A stretch of DNA of 64,000 nucleotides from Gnetum montanum (taxonomy: Eukaryota; Plantae; Gnetophyta), in NCBI GenBank assembly GCA_015680685.1, contig MNCI01000424.1, forward strand, positions 219,813 through 283,812, written 5' to 3'. This document shows positions 37,801 through 52,700 of this stretch, one piece after another. The notes below the pieces were generated by a model. The model searched no databases. It was not told where the DNA came from and saw only the letters and a list, made by a program, of their open reading frames with translations. Each line of letters starts with the position of its first letter. Positions within the stretch are counted from its first letter, which is position 1. The translations under genes were made by a program, and so were the position numbers.

Positions 37801-40800
37801 GAAACTTTTCAGGCAAGAGGACAGGTGCAGATAGCAAGAGGGTGAAAGGAGGAGAAAGGAGGTCCTCCAATGCCCAATGCCAGCAAGAGAAGGAACAGCA
37901 TCTCTCTCTCTCCACTAGTGACACACCCCCCATCTCTTTGTACATTTTGTGTGGTTAATATAATCCCCCGACTGATTTTCAAAAAAAAAGACTCTAGTAA
38001 ATATATTGGGAAGAGTCAATCCAATATTTAATACATTTGAAACTTTCTTTAATGCAATGGCCCAAGGCCAAAGTACCCAGTTGAAAATTGTTGATGCATA
38101 AATTTTGGATGCACCAACACCTGGGAAAAACTCATTTGAGGAAACTATTGCTTAGGCTCCTTCTGTATAGGTACGGAAATCCAAAAATAGTCTCAACTAG
38201 AGAGGGCCATGTGACATTTCAAAATAAAATAAATTAAATTGAAAAGTTGGGAGAATTCAAATTGAACAACTGTATTGAAATTCAAGACTTCATGAAAACA
38301 TAGTAGGTAGCAAAAAAATTTAATATTTTCCCTAGTCCCTGTTGCTACTACCAATTCGTGCCGTCTCATCATTGCATATGCCGCCGCAGCAGATGCTACT
38401 CATAGCTGCTAGGAGAGGGAGAGAGAGAGAGAGATCTGTCCAGTGTTCCACTACCACGTGCCTCACCGTCGCCTACCACACAACTTGCCGTTGATGGCAG
38501 AAAACCCAGGAAAGCCGCCTATTGCAACTTCACCGTTGCCGAAGAGAAAAAAAAGAGAGAGAACCCTATTGCAATCACTAGTTCGGATCTATAGAGAGAG
38601 GGAGAGGGAGAGATCTATTCTGTCGCCATCTGCTGGGGAAAATAGGAGGGAGGGAGGGAGAGAGAGAGAGAGAGATGTCGTTGTTGTCCGCTCTACATGA
38701 TGCAAACACATCATTCACAACCTTTGTTTCCTGGCATGCACACCATTGTGCCTACCATGCACGTTGTCGAAGAGAGGAGAGGCTAGACCTCGATGAGAGA
38801 GAGCCTAACCCCGATGAGAGAGAGGCTGGCCCCCAATGTGAGAGAGAGGTTGGCCCCAATGAGAGAGAGGCTGGCCCTAATGAGAGAGAGGGGAGGCTGC
38901 AGGTGCTGCCCGTCGTCTACCACCATGTCATCATCGTTGTTGTCACGATCACCACCGTCACACACCCTGCTGGAGAGGGGAGAGGCTAGCCAATGATGAT
39001 ACACCAAAGAAATAGAAACTGCCATCTACTGGTTTCCTCTGAAGAGGGGAGTCCTCGATAGATGATCCACCTACAGCCTATTGTTCAGTCCCCCACTAGT
39101 GCTAAGAGTCCCTTGCTTCCCCCTACAACCGTCTGTAGCATGCCCTGCTGCTGCAAGAGAGAGAGAGGGGAGGCTACAAGTGCTACCTACCGTCTAGCAC
39201 CACATCGTCGTGCCAAGGAGAAAGGAGACCACATCCCTTCTACCCCCACAACGTCCACTCCTCCCCTTTTATAGCTGCTCATCTGGGTGTTTAAATGCCC
39301 ACATCTCACGTCGGTTACGCCCACCACCTGGGTCGTTACGCAACTTTCGTAATGCCTGGGACTGCCACGTCGTCAATTATGCCACCACCGCACATAACTC
39401 CTAGCACCACCACTGTCAGTTACACCACCTCTGCGACCATTACGTCCATGCCATCATGGTGTGGCAACATAACCACCGCCACAAGCTTGCCACTATGAAT
39501 CGGGCCCCAAGACATGCTTGTACAAATTAACTTTCTTTGTGCTTAGTGCTAAGGGATTAGACTTGTTGATCATGGCCCCATGCCTAGCATAAGCAATGTT
39601 GACATCAACTCTTAGCCCCCAAACTACAAATTGCATGCAAGTGCAAGGAACAACACAACCATAAAAATCTTAAAAGGAGATGCAGAAGACACAAGACAAA
39701 GTCAAGACACAGGCAAGGACCGCCAAAATCAAAACTGGGAAAAGAAGGTTTAGGATTCTGGTAATGACAATGATAATATTCAAAAAATGGGAAGCATCAA
39801 TTTTTCAAAAAAAAAAGGTAGAAAATAAAGGGTTTGGAAATAAGGGTTTTCAATAGAGTACAAGAAAATAAAATTCAGGGAAACGATAGTTTTGAAATAG
39901 GAACAAAATAGGATCAAGAACAAGAAAAACTAATATTTCAAAAAATGGGAAAACAAAGGCTTGAAAACAAGCCCTCCTTCTAGCGCCAAAAAGGTGTTAA
40001 TAAATAAATTTTGGATGCACCAACACCTAGGAAAAACTTTTTTGAGAAGACTATTGCCTAGGGTGCCTCCTGTATGGGTACAGAAACCTGGGAATAGTCT
40101 CAGCTAGAGAGGGCCATGTGATGTTTCAAAACAAAATAAATTAAACTAAAAAGTTGGGAGAATTCAAATTGAACAACTGTCTTGAAATTCAAGACTTCAT
40201 GAAAACACAGTAGGTAGCAAGAAAATTGAAAATTTTTCTTGGTCCCCCGTTGCTACTGTCAATTTGTGCCGTCTCGTTGTTGTGAACACCGCTGCAGCCA
40301 ACGTCGCTCATAGCCACCAGGAAAGGGGGAGAGAGAGATCTGTCTGGTGTTCCACCACCAAGTGTCTTGTCGTCGCCTACCACGCAACTTGCCGTTGGTG
40401 GCAGAAAACCCAAGGAGGCCACCTATTGCAACTTCACCATTGTCGAAGAGAAAAAAAAAGAGAGAGAACCCTACTACAATTGCAGGTTTTGATCTACAAA
40501 GAGAGGGAGGGAGAGAGATTTGTTTCGCCGCCATCTACTAGGGAAGGGAGGAGAGAGAGAGAGAGATATCGCTGCTGTCCACTCTGTGTGCTGCAGACAC
40601 ATCATTTGCAACCTCTATTTCCTGCTGCACACATCATTTTGTCTGCCATGTGCGCCACCAAAGAGAGTAGAGGCCAGACCCCGATGAGAGAGAGGCTAGC
40701 CCTGATGAAAGAGAGGTTGGTCCCCAATGTGAGAGAGAAGCTAACCCTGATGAAAGAGAGGTTGGCCCTAGTGAGAGAGAGGGGAGGTTGCAAGTGTTGC

Positions 40801-43800
40801 CCGTCGTCTACCACCACGTCGCCACCATTGTTGTCACGATCACCACCATCACGCATCCTACTGGAGAGGGGAGAGGCTAGCCGATGATGATACACCAAAG
40901 AAAGAGAAACTAATGTCTGCTGGTTTCCTTTGAAGAGGGGAGTCCTCAATAGATGATCCGCCTACCGCCTATTGCTCAACCCCCCACTAGTGCTGAGAGT
41001 CCCCTACTTCCCCCTACAGCCATATGCAACGTGCCAGGTTACTACAAGAGAGAGAGAGGGGAGGCTACAGGTACTACTTATCGTCTGGCACCACATCATT
41101 GTGCTAGAGAGAAAGGAGGCCACATCCCTTCTACCCCTACAACATCCACTCCTCCCCTTTTATAGCTGTTTGTCTAGGTGTTTAAATGCCCACATCCCAC
41201 ATTGGTTACATCCACCACCTGGGCTATTACGCAACTTTCGTAACACCCAGGACCGCCACATCGTCCATTACGCCACCACTGCATGTAACTCCCGACACCA
41301 CTATTGTCAATTACGCCGCCTCTGCGGCCATTACATCCATGCCATCATGGTGTGGCAACATAACCACCATCACAAGCTCACCATTATGAATCAGGCCCTA
41401 GGACATGCTTGTACAAATTAACTTTCTTTGTGCTTGGTGCCAAGGGATTAGACGTGTTGATCATGGCCCCATGCCTAGCACGGGCGATGTTGGCATCAAC
41501 ACTTAGCCACCAAACTAGAAATTGCATGCAACTGCAAGGAACAACACAACCATAGAAATCTTAAAAGGAGACGTAGAAGACACAGGACAAAGTCAGGGCA
41601 CAAGTATAGACCGCCAAAATCAGAACTAGGAAAAGAAGGTTTAGGATTCTGATAATGACAATGATAATATTCAAAAAACAGGAAGCATCAATTTTTTTAA
41701 AAAAAGGTAGAAAATAAAGGGTTTGGAAACAAGGGTTTTCAATAGGGAGCACAAGAAAATAAAATTCAGGGAAAACAACAATTTTGAAATAGGAACAAAA
41801 CAAGATCAAGAACAAGAAAAACACGACAAGAAAAACTGATATTTCAAAAAAATGGGAAAACAAAGGCTTGAAAAAAGGCCCTCCTTCTAGTGCCAAAAAG
41901 GTGTTGATGCATAAATTTTGGATGCACTAACACCTAGAAAAAAACTTGTTTGAGGAGACTATTGCCTAGGGTGCCTCTTGTATGGGTACGGAAACTTGAG
42001 AATAGTCTCAGCTGGAGAGGGCCATGTGACGTTTCAAAACAAAATAAATTAAACTAAAAAGTTGGGAGAATTCAAATTGAACTATCTTGAAATTCAAGAC
42101 TTCATGAAAACACAGTAGGTAGCAAGAAAATTTAAATTTTTCCCTGGTCCCCCATTGCTATCGCTAGTTTGTGCTGCCTCGTCATTACGGACGCCATCAC
42201 AGCCAACACTGCTCATAACCACCAAGAGAGGAAGAGAGAGAGATTTGTCCAATGTTCCACCACCACGTGCCTTGCTGTCGCCTAGCATGCAACCTATCGT
42301 TGGTGGTAGAAAACCCAAGGAGGCCGCCTATTGCAGCTTCACTATTGCCGAAGTGACAAAAAAAAGAGAGAACGCTAATGCAATCATTGGTTTGGATTTG
42401 CAGAGAGAGGGAGAGAGAGAGATCTGTTCCACTGTCATTTGTTGGGGAAGGGAGGAGAGACAGAGATGCCGCTACTGTCCACTATGCATGCTGCAAACAC
42501 GTCATTCGTAGCCTCTATTTCCTGACGCACACGTCGTTCTATCTGCCATGTGCATCGTCAAAGAGAGGAGAGGCTAGACCCTGATGAGAGAGATGCTAGC
42601 CCCAATGAGAGAGAGGTTGGCCCCCAATGTGAGAGAGAGGGGAGGCTACAAGTGCTACCCATCGTCTGCCACCACTTCATCACCGTTGTTGTCATAATCA
42701 CTACCATCACACACCCCGCCAAAGAGGGGAGAGGCTGGCCAATGATGATACACCAAAGAAAGAGAAACCACTGTTTGTTGGTTTCCTCTGGAGAGGGAGT
42801 CCTCGATAGATGATCCGCCTACCGCTTGTTGCTCAACCCTCCATTGGTGCTGAGAGTCCCCTACTTCCCCCCACAACCATCTGTAGTGTGTATTGCTACT
42901 GTAAGAGAGAGGGTGGAGGCTGCAGGTGTTGCCTGCCATCTGGCACCATGTCACCGTGCCAAAGAGAAAGGAGGCCACATCCCTTCTACCCCCACAATGT
43001 TTGCTCCTCCCCTTTTATAGCTACTCATCTAGGTGTTTAAATGCCCACATCCCGCATCGGTTACGCCCACCACCTAGGCCATTACGTAACTTCCATAATG
43101 CCTGGGACCGCCACGTCATCAATTACACCACCACTGCACGTAACTCCCAACAACACCACTATCAGTTACACCGCCTCTGCAACCGTTATGTCCCTACCAT
43201 CATGGTGTGGCAACGTAACTGTTGCCACAAGCTCACCATTATGAATCGGGCCCCAAGACATGCTTGTACAAATTAACTTTCTTTGTGCTCGGTGCCAAGG
43301 GATTAGACTTGTTGATCATGGCCTCATGCCTAGCATGGGCAATGTTGGCATCAACAAAAATATGAACTTAGATTATTAGCAACTATTCCTAATTGTTTTA
43401 AAGAAAATCTATGGTAGAACATTGAAGGTATATGATTATTTTCAATTTTGCATGTCATTACCACCCAGTAATTTGTCTTATATTCTTAGATGATATGAAC
43501 TCATTCATGTATTCTTAGGATACAATGGCATTGTGACATCTAGGTAACCTATGATTGTTTCCAAGAAAAATTACTTCTAACCATCTGCATTACTCCAAAA
43601 TTGTTGCAATGCTTACTTTCCATCATCAAGGAAATAGAAATTCTCTAAACTTCCATGAGTTGTTTGAAGAACTTCCTTTGCAAATTTCACTAACTTAAGT
43701 ATGATGAATACACAGTGCTATCTTCAATTCTTATTTCATATAAAACACCTAGGTTCAGTTAACATTTTTTTTAATCTTAAAGTTCATCATTTGAAAAGAA

Positions 43801-46679
43801 AAGGGTATTTTTTTTAATTCAAAAACAATAATAATAACCATAGAGAAGTGATTTGATTACTTTAGCCTAGCTGAATAATGCTAAACTAATCTATGTCCCA
43901 ATGGAGTTCAATGTCCTGTACAGTAAAGATAATGGAAATCCTATCTTGGTCTAGCCTTGTATCGAAAACTTGGAGGCCCTTTGATAAATCTCACTATGAC
44001 TAGATCTGATATCTCTCTCATGTAGTTCACATTGTTGGTCAACTCATTGCTAACCCTAGACACTTCAATCTAGCAACTGCGTTTTGAACAATTAAATATC
44101 TAAATATATTTTTAGATGACAATGTATTATTCCCTGCACACGATCCTCTAGATCTTTCTGCATATATCGATCTGATTGCATTGGTTGTTTTGAAACTCAG
44201 CGCTAAAGCACAATGTGATGTTTGTTTCTTAGTCATTCTTTAATCTCATATAAGTGTAAAAAACAAAAGTGGATCTATAAATCCTCCATCAAAGCAAAAT
44301 TCCATGCTATATCTTCAGCATGCTCTGAAATTCTTTCATTAAGGGCCCTTCTTCAAAACCTTGGCATTCATGTTTAACACCCTACTTCACTTCATGCAGA
44401 TGATACAAGTGCTACATTTCATTAGCAGACAAAATGCATTGAAGTTGACAATCATTTCATTTAAGATGTATTGACCAGAGCTGTCATTAATCTTCCTCAT
44501 GTTTCTTCTCAACTCCAACTTGCAGACATATTCACAAAGATCATGCTGTTAGACTGATAATTTTATTGTTAGCAAATTAATATTGGTTGATGACTTTTCA
44601 TTGATTTGAAGGGGAATGCAACAGTATTCGCCAGGTGATGTTTAACAGATAGCATGGTTATAAATTAGAGTGTGATAAGTGACACTGTTGTAGATTAGAA
44701 ATTGCTATTGGAAGCTGGTTAGTTTCATTAGATAGTTTCTGTTGTTCCTATTATAAAACAGAAAACGTCAGTTTCTACTATAGCTGTAACTATTAAATTA
44801 AGGAACAATCACAGCCACATTGAAAATATATATAGTGGTGCTGGCTTGGTGAGAGAAGAGCACTTTAAGAACTTTAGATAGTCTCTATGCCAGGAAATTT
44901 TGGTGGTTTTAACGTTTTACATGGATGATAGCATGTGGACAGGTGATTAGTGACAAAATTTGAGGCCTTCAATACAGTTCACATATATTTAGACCTTCCC
45001 CAAAAGTGTGCATATTTTAATTGACCCTATTTAAGAGGTTGATTGTAATAACTACCCTGCAATTTCTAAAGTCTAAGATCTTCAAGCCTTGCTTTCAAAA
45101 TCCTAATTTTTTCACATATTTCCCACATATTAGACACATAGTTGCACACATATGTAACTATTTAAATAGTTACAAACAGTGGTCCTAATATGTAATAACT
45201 AGTTAGCTATATATATTTATGATAAATATCTATCATTTGGCCAAGAAAATTTTTTTCTTTTTCAAATTAATAAAATCCCAGAATTAATTCCATTAATGAT
45301 TTTTATGTTGAAAAAAATCAGAAACAGTGTCAAACAATTCTTGCCATGGCAGTCCATGAATCCACATGAAAAACTTCTCTTGCCTAGTGTTAATATAATA
45401 TTTATTTATTTTGTGGGACAAAGTCCAGCCAATACATACCCATAGTAATTCCTGCGAAAAAGTTCATCTCTTGGCATAGCATTATTTTCCTCTTGTCAAT
45501 TCAAAATTCTGCTGCACTCAGTAAAAACTTGTAGAGCAATAAAGGTTTAAAACTCTAAACATTTGGGTAGATATTTACTGGATAACTATACAAAATGGCA
45601 ACATGAAAATTTAGAGAGCACAATGAAAGGGAACAGATAAAACTTTCCCTTAAGCAAGTTTATGAATTATTGTCACTACGGTAATCATCACCTTGTGGGA
45701 AGTGATATATAGTGTTAACAATTTGCATAGATGACAACATGTGAATAGGCTGTCATATCAATGCCAAGGTTGTAATGAACCACTTCTCCTTGAGTTTTTG
45801 CAATAACAATTGTAATAGTCTTTCTGTGTGTTTGTGTGCATGTTTTGTTGACAAGTTGTGTGTGTGCTTTGTTTGGACTGTCGTGGAAATGGCTAATTGG
45901 AATAGTAATAAATTTGTTGACCAGATTTTTATATGTATTATGATTAAATGTTTAAATACTTTATGCATAAGAAATATGATTTAAAATACATGCTGGGAAT
46001 GTTTTAAAATAATAATAATAAATAATATATGGGAAAACAAAATATTTTCTGTTCTATTTCAACAAAGATGCTTAGAAACAAAAGGAAAATAGAGGACAAT
46101 ACTCTAAGGTGTGCCTCAAGAGCTAAAACAGGGATGTTGAGATGCAAAAGAATGCTCATATTGAGGAACTTGACCTATGAATCAAGTTGGAGGAACCTAA
46201 CCCATGAATCAGGGATATTGTGTGCAAATATTGTAGCTTTATATTTTATTTTATCCAAATGTGATGCATTGCTCTTTTTAGTTTAAAATAGTAGAGTATA
46301 AGTACCCTCTCCATTGCTATAGAAATGTCACATGATGACCTGTCAAGGCTTGTAAAACAATGGAAAAATTCACATCGCTGATGACTTGAAAAAGAAGGTG
46401 CCTTATTTGATTATGAATCTTGAACTACCCTTATCATGAATCAATTTTGAAAACTCTTTCCTTGCATCTTATGACAATTCTGAATGATAAAGAGATAGAT
46501 ATTACACTGGAATGTTTTGTAATTGTCAAGAGGAATTGAACTTGAGATCTAGCAAAATCTGAATTCTGAAATATCAAAAATTGTTGATTTAGGAATTGAA
46601 CTTGCAACCTGTGAATATACATATTTTATTGATTTTTTTTATAGTGATCATGAAGAGAATTGAACTCATGACCCATTGC

Positions 46680-46716
<37 letters not shown>

Positions 46717-49700
46717 TTTAAAAAGAAAGAAAAGAATACGAATAGTCCCCAAGAAGTCAGTTACAAGAAACCATTCATTATCCCTTATTCCACCTACAAA
46801 TAGGAAAAAGAAGAGAGGAAAAAAAAGAGGACACACACAAGGCAAAAGTAGGTTTGCAGAACACAAAAAAAAAGGGATACAGCAATAAGGAGTGTGGCTA
46901 CGAAGGGAGAGAAGATTGTCACTGCTACAAGAGAGAGCAAAGAGAAAGAAAACAAGTGCGGCATAGCAATCCAATATTTGGATAATTCCTCCTAGTGAGC
47001 AAAATATCTAAGCAAGGAGGTAAAATGATCCATCTTTGTTATGTTTGATAATGGCTAGCAAGGGCTGATTTTCTCAAACTTTTCTCTTCTTGCTTGTCTA
47101 ACCACCTTCACAATGCTTGTATGAAAATATCAAGATTGTTGTTGTAAGCTTAGACTTTTTTTTAAAATCCTTTATTACCTTTTCTTTGGATCTCTCCGGC
47201 CGTCCTCTGCACTCTCACACCTAAATGACTTGGATGAGAGTTGTTTCTATAATGATTCAGAAACACCCATAATGATTTGGGGCATTTTTGGCAAAGGATT
47301 GCCAACAGGGGCTATGGATCCCTGATATGAGGATTGGTACCGCCGACAAAAAGTGAGAGTATCCTTGGGCCCATTGATAATTGTGAATGTTTTAAAAGTG
47401 TTGCATTGTTGGATTGTGGTTGGAATTTGGTCGATGAACGCTCCCCCTCTTTGAATGCATAAATTTTGGATCTGAATCTTGAATTATACTTTTTTTCCTA
47501 TACCTTCTCAAGTCTGATTTTAATATATTTCTATAAGTTGATGGAGTGGGGGAAAACCTAGGATGTTAATTTATGGTTGTGATTTATCTATTCTCTGCTA
47601 TTGAACATATGAATTTCTTGATTAAATGATTACTGGTAAAATGGTTACAAGAGTTAATTCAAATCTTGTTTTTGTGTGTGGCTGGAAATTATAAAATATT
47701 ATTATGTGATTGAACAAATATGAGATTATTAACTTATCTGCTTTTGTGGTCATTTCTTTGATTTTCAAATGTGCAAATGATCCTGATTAAATATTTCTTT
47801 TTAGGTTGAATAATAAAAAGTTTGATTTTTTATTTTTTTTTGATTTGATGAATCTTGCACAGATATTTTACTATGGCTATTTCTTTATAAAATTATCTCT
47901 TGAATTCATAAAAATTAATATTGATTGACTTGTTTTAGAGCTAGATCTAGGCATTGTTGATCTCGTTTTAATTTTATAGGTTAATGCTAGTTTGATTGTT
48001 GTGGAAAGGAAGCCACCTGGGCATTTTTTTTTTCTTTCAACTAGCTTTCTTTCTAGGGGGCTTTGGGTGCTAGCTCTTGCTCCCTATGAATGGGTGTTAC
48101 AAAGGTGGTTGCACATCACTGTTTCGTTATCATGCTATGTCATTACCTAATCTATGCATTTATTTTACAGGGCTACTTATACATTATTATGACTTAAATT
48201 AGTCTCCTACTATTTTCATGGCATGTCCTTCCATACAATGATGGGGCTCCTTTCCCAATCTTATGAGGTCATTTTAGGCTACTCATAAGCTGAATTCTAG
48301 GGGGATAATTTATAGGGATGCCTTGGAAAGTCGACTTATAATGGATAGTCCTATTCTAGGAGAAATCTTGATCAAGAATAGTGTGAATATAGAGTCATTC
48401 CTTAATTTCTTATGTCACAATATGTGTTCACTGTGTGGTCAAGTGTTTAGGTTTTTAATGATGTAATGTCAAAAATACTTAAAGTCTTATTTTATAAGGA
48501 CATGTAGTTCTTAGAAAAATAAAAATAGTATGCTAGAATTTGAAGAGTCATGCTAATTTTTTTAAAAAAAAATGTAAGGTCATCTAACATGTATAATGGC
48601 CCCAAAACTGACCTAAAAAGGCAATTTATGTACGTTGGCACCAAAATATAACGGCCCTAATTGTCAATATTGACCCCATAGCAAGTAAAAATTTTCTCTC
48701 ATTAGTTCAACGTGATAAAAGTAAAAACACTCGATAAAGATGATTGAAGAATGAAAAAGTTTGTATAAAAATTTGAAGAAAATAAGAAAAACCTGAGTCT
48801 TTCATTTAGTTTCATCTACTCTTATTTCAATCTAACTCACATAAAACTCTCATTGTCTTTATCACATACTCGTATTACTTACAACTCACATTCAATTCTC
48901 ATAACTCACAAATTCTCTTAGAATTGATCCAACAAGATCCAAAATTTCTCATATTTTAAGATTACTTTGGAAAATTCTTGTAAAAATTATCTTGAATAGA
49001 ACAATGAGCAACATATTAAGAACAACAAACATAATTTCAGCAGCTACAATCAAATCAAAATGATTTGGGGTCATGTCCATGATTTTTTTTTTCAAAAAAG
49101 TTCAGGAGGTATATTAATATAAACATAAACTGTACAAAGAAATGGCCTGAAGGCCCAAAACACCCAATGTCAGCCAATCACCCTCAAACAAAATTGGGTG
49201 AAGGCAACCCCCACCAACAACATCATGCCAACTTGAAAAGGATGACAAAACTTGAAAAGGACAACATATGCAGCAAAAAGCCAAAACAAGCACAACCAAA
49301 CGCAAAGTCAAAACACACCAAGGGAGCCCCACAAGCAAAACGCTCCACCCTTAGAAACGGGTGGGGAGGCTAGAGCACTCATAGTACGCCCTCTCCTCCT
49401 CATGGATTGCATCCAGCATATTCCTATGGCGTTCCGAGTCCACAAAATGAGCTGCCTCCTGAAATTTTTTGAACTCCTCCACCTTCCTCCTGCATGCCTC
49501 CTTTGTGCCCTTACCATCCAAATGTAAGTCTTTGATGTTGCGCCTGATGTGACGCTGAAGCACATGCCATGAAGTGGTGCGCTCTATGTTCATAATAATG
49601 TAAAGGCACCATCCTTGCCTCAGCCAAGCCCTGGCCCTTTGCGCATGAGCCCAATCCAATTGTTGTTGGATCACGGCCACCTCTTGTTCCTCACGTGCAC

Positions 49701-52700
49701 ATCTATCCAGTTCTTCCTTTTCCTGGAACTCTTGCAGGCACGCCTCCTCATGGATTTGTGCCCACAGGCTCTCCCACAACTCCCTCTCCAAGGCTTCCCT
49801 AGCAATCGCCTATGCCAAATCCCTCCTTCGTCATTCCTCCAAGTCCTATTCCTATCAAATGCGCTCGACCTCCTCCAACTAACACAAAAGATCAATCTCT
49901 CATGCAGCTAGCACCACTTGCCACCACTCCTGCTCCTTCGTTCTTGCCTGTCTTACTGGCGCCTCCACCCCTTCATTGAAGGAAACCTTCATCTATATCG
50001 CCTCTTCCAGTTGACATCAAATTGTTGCCTCACAATCATCCCACATCTTCTGCCAAAGAGCCCTATACTCCTAGCACACCTACAATGTTGCCACCTCAAT
50101 CTCCCCCACCATCCTAGCATCCTAGCTTGAAAGTGCAAGAGAGCCCATACCTCCCAACACACAATTAAAACCACATCCTCCAACCAAATCCTCCAGCTCC
50201 TCTCCCCCAATCTCCTCAAGGGGGTGGGGGGTAGCCCAATAGCTGGACCCCCCAACCAACCCCCAAAACCATTGCTTTCTGAATCGTTGGAGACCTCCAA
50301 CATAATCGACACCACACACTATGAGCACCTTCGTGCATAGACCATGCGCGTTGGAGTCCCACCCCCCAAAGGAGGGACCCCTATGGCCACCCTATGTCAT
50401 GAATTTTGAGATCACAACCTATTTCAATTTCACCACCAGTAACAACACAAGTCGCAACAATAAAAATCATTCTTGAGTTTTTTGTGACCCCATACCAAGC
50501 TCACAATAAAATTCACAATAATCATCACAATCCATAAAAATTATCATGATATAAAATTAAAACACAACTAAATTCACAATAGGCTTCTAACACTCAAAAT
50601 AGTACTAAATCCAAACCAATGTATCTCAAAAGCTCCCAAACTTCTACACACCCACCTTCACAATTTCATGATGAATGCTAAAATGAGGTTATGCTATATC
50701 TAGCCCTTTTAGGAAGTTTAACACCTGCAAAAATTCCAAGCCAAACACACTGGAAAGTGAATACATTTTATGAGTAATAACAAGCCTTGAAATCCCCTAC
50801 TTAAATTTCTCTTCAAAAGTTCCAAAGCTTATACACACCCTCCTTGATAATGTCATGATAAAGGCAGGGGCTAAATTGGTGTTACGTTATATTTGGTCCT
50901 TTTAGGAAGTTTATTAACACCTGCTTGAGTTTCAAGCCAAATACACTAAAAGGTGAATGCATTATATGAGTAATAACAAGGCCTTGAAGTCTCCTAATAA
51001 CAAGGCCTTGAAGTCTCCTACTTATATTTTTTGCCAGAAGACAATGCAAACTATGCTATGCCAAAACCTAAATGTGGTGTTTACCACACTTGAAAATGCC
51101 ATTTCTGCCTAGTGAACCCAGCTTCAGGACGATCTAGTCACTGGGTTTCACTTTTCAGTGATGAAGATATTTTGTCCACCCTGCACCATCAATACGACGA
51201 AGCAATGTGACACTGCTATTGTCAAACTGATGCATCAGTTTTTCTCTTCTTTAGTTACTCTCATGATTTTCATTGTCAGTTACTTTGTCTTGTCTATTTA
51301 TAAAATATCTATCTTGCCAAAGGAAAAATATCCCACTTCTTCACATATGATCTTGGCTGCTTACCGTATCACACTTTCACCATTGAAACTCATTGTTTTT
51401 GCTATAGTGTAATCCATATTATGAGTATCTTGGTGCTGTTTTTGGACCTCAAAAGAGGTAGTAAAGAGATTTGAAAATTTAGAATATGATTTTTATAAGC
51501 AAGATCCAGAAAAAGGCAAAAAAAAAAAAAATCATCTATTAGATTGGGATACAGTTTGTCATCCATGATAAAGTGGTGGACTTGAACCTAAAAATTTACA
51601 TTATTTGAATATAACTCGCTTCAGATAGTTAGCTTACAGAGTTATGAGTGAAAGTGTAACGTGGGTTGAAGTAATGAAGCTTAAATATTTAAACCACACA
51701 AAAGATTTCAAGAACAATCACAATTGATCCAAGGGGTCTCAATGGATGTAAGTAAAAATTTCAGTTTCAGATATTATTGGTAGTTCTGCCATAGGGGTAG
51801 GACTTGAAGAAGTATGTGCATTAATAAAAAATCACTACATGAAATCTCATGAAGATAATGATTGGTTATAAGAAAACAAAGGTCTTACAAAGTGGCAGAG
51901 GGCATAGACTTACGGTACTTTATGGACAAGTTAAGTTGATAAAGAAGCTATTTGATGAAAAAAATGGGTCTAGTTCCTAAAGTTAATGTCTTTTGTGAAT
52001 TGGCACAAATAGGCAAAATTTTAATGATAGATATTTTGTTTAAGGATAGATGATAATTAGTATATGTTGTTTCTGTAAGAATGCTTATGAAGATAGTAAT
52101 CATGTTTTTTTGCACTGCCCTGCAATTGCCCATATTTGGAACAGAGTTCGGAAAGGTACAAATCAACATTTTCTTATGCCAAAATCTTTACAAAATCTTG
52201 CAATAACTTGGACTTGAATTGATGGAACTCAGTAAATTAACAAAATTTGAAGTGCACCCAATTTTTCAAATCTGAAGCTAAGAAACCAAAGGACCTTTGA
52301 AAGGACAAAAATCAATTTAGATCAAGTATGATGGCTAGCTAATAAAGTAAAGAGAACATAATATACAAAATGGAACTTGACTACCCAATTGGTTGAGCCT
52401 TACACACTTATACTTTTTATTTCGGAGAATAGGATTAGATAGCTACCTTGATATGATTATTTTAATTTTTTCAGAAATTTGATCCTCTCATCTTGGTTGA
52501 TAGTTAAGATCCCAAGAATAATTTCATTGTACTTCAAATCTTATTTTATCAATAGCCTCTTTTTACTTATTCCAGAAGACAAAAAACCAAAAAAGAAAAA
52601 ATAAAGTAAATCTTGGTGCTTTCGTTTTGCTAATGTTACATCATTAAATATATCATTTTGAACAAATGTTGCTTCATGTCAAACATACAAGTATTTGAGA

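Noticed and set aside
38443-43276. Numerous ORFs (e.g. 40264-40887, 207 aa) as genes
   Set aside because: They lie in GC-rich LTRs; frames are not preserved between the three copies and show no recognisable domain.
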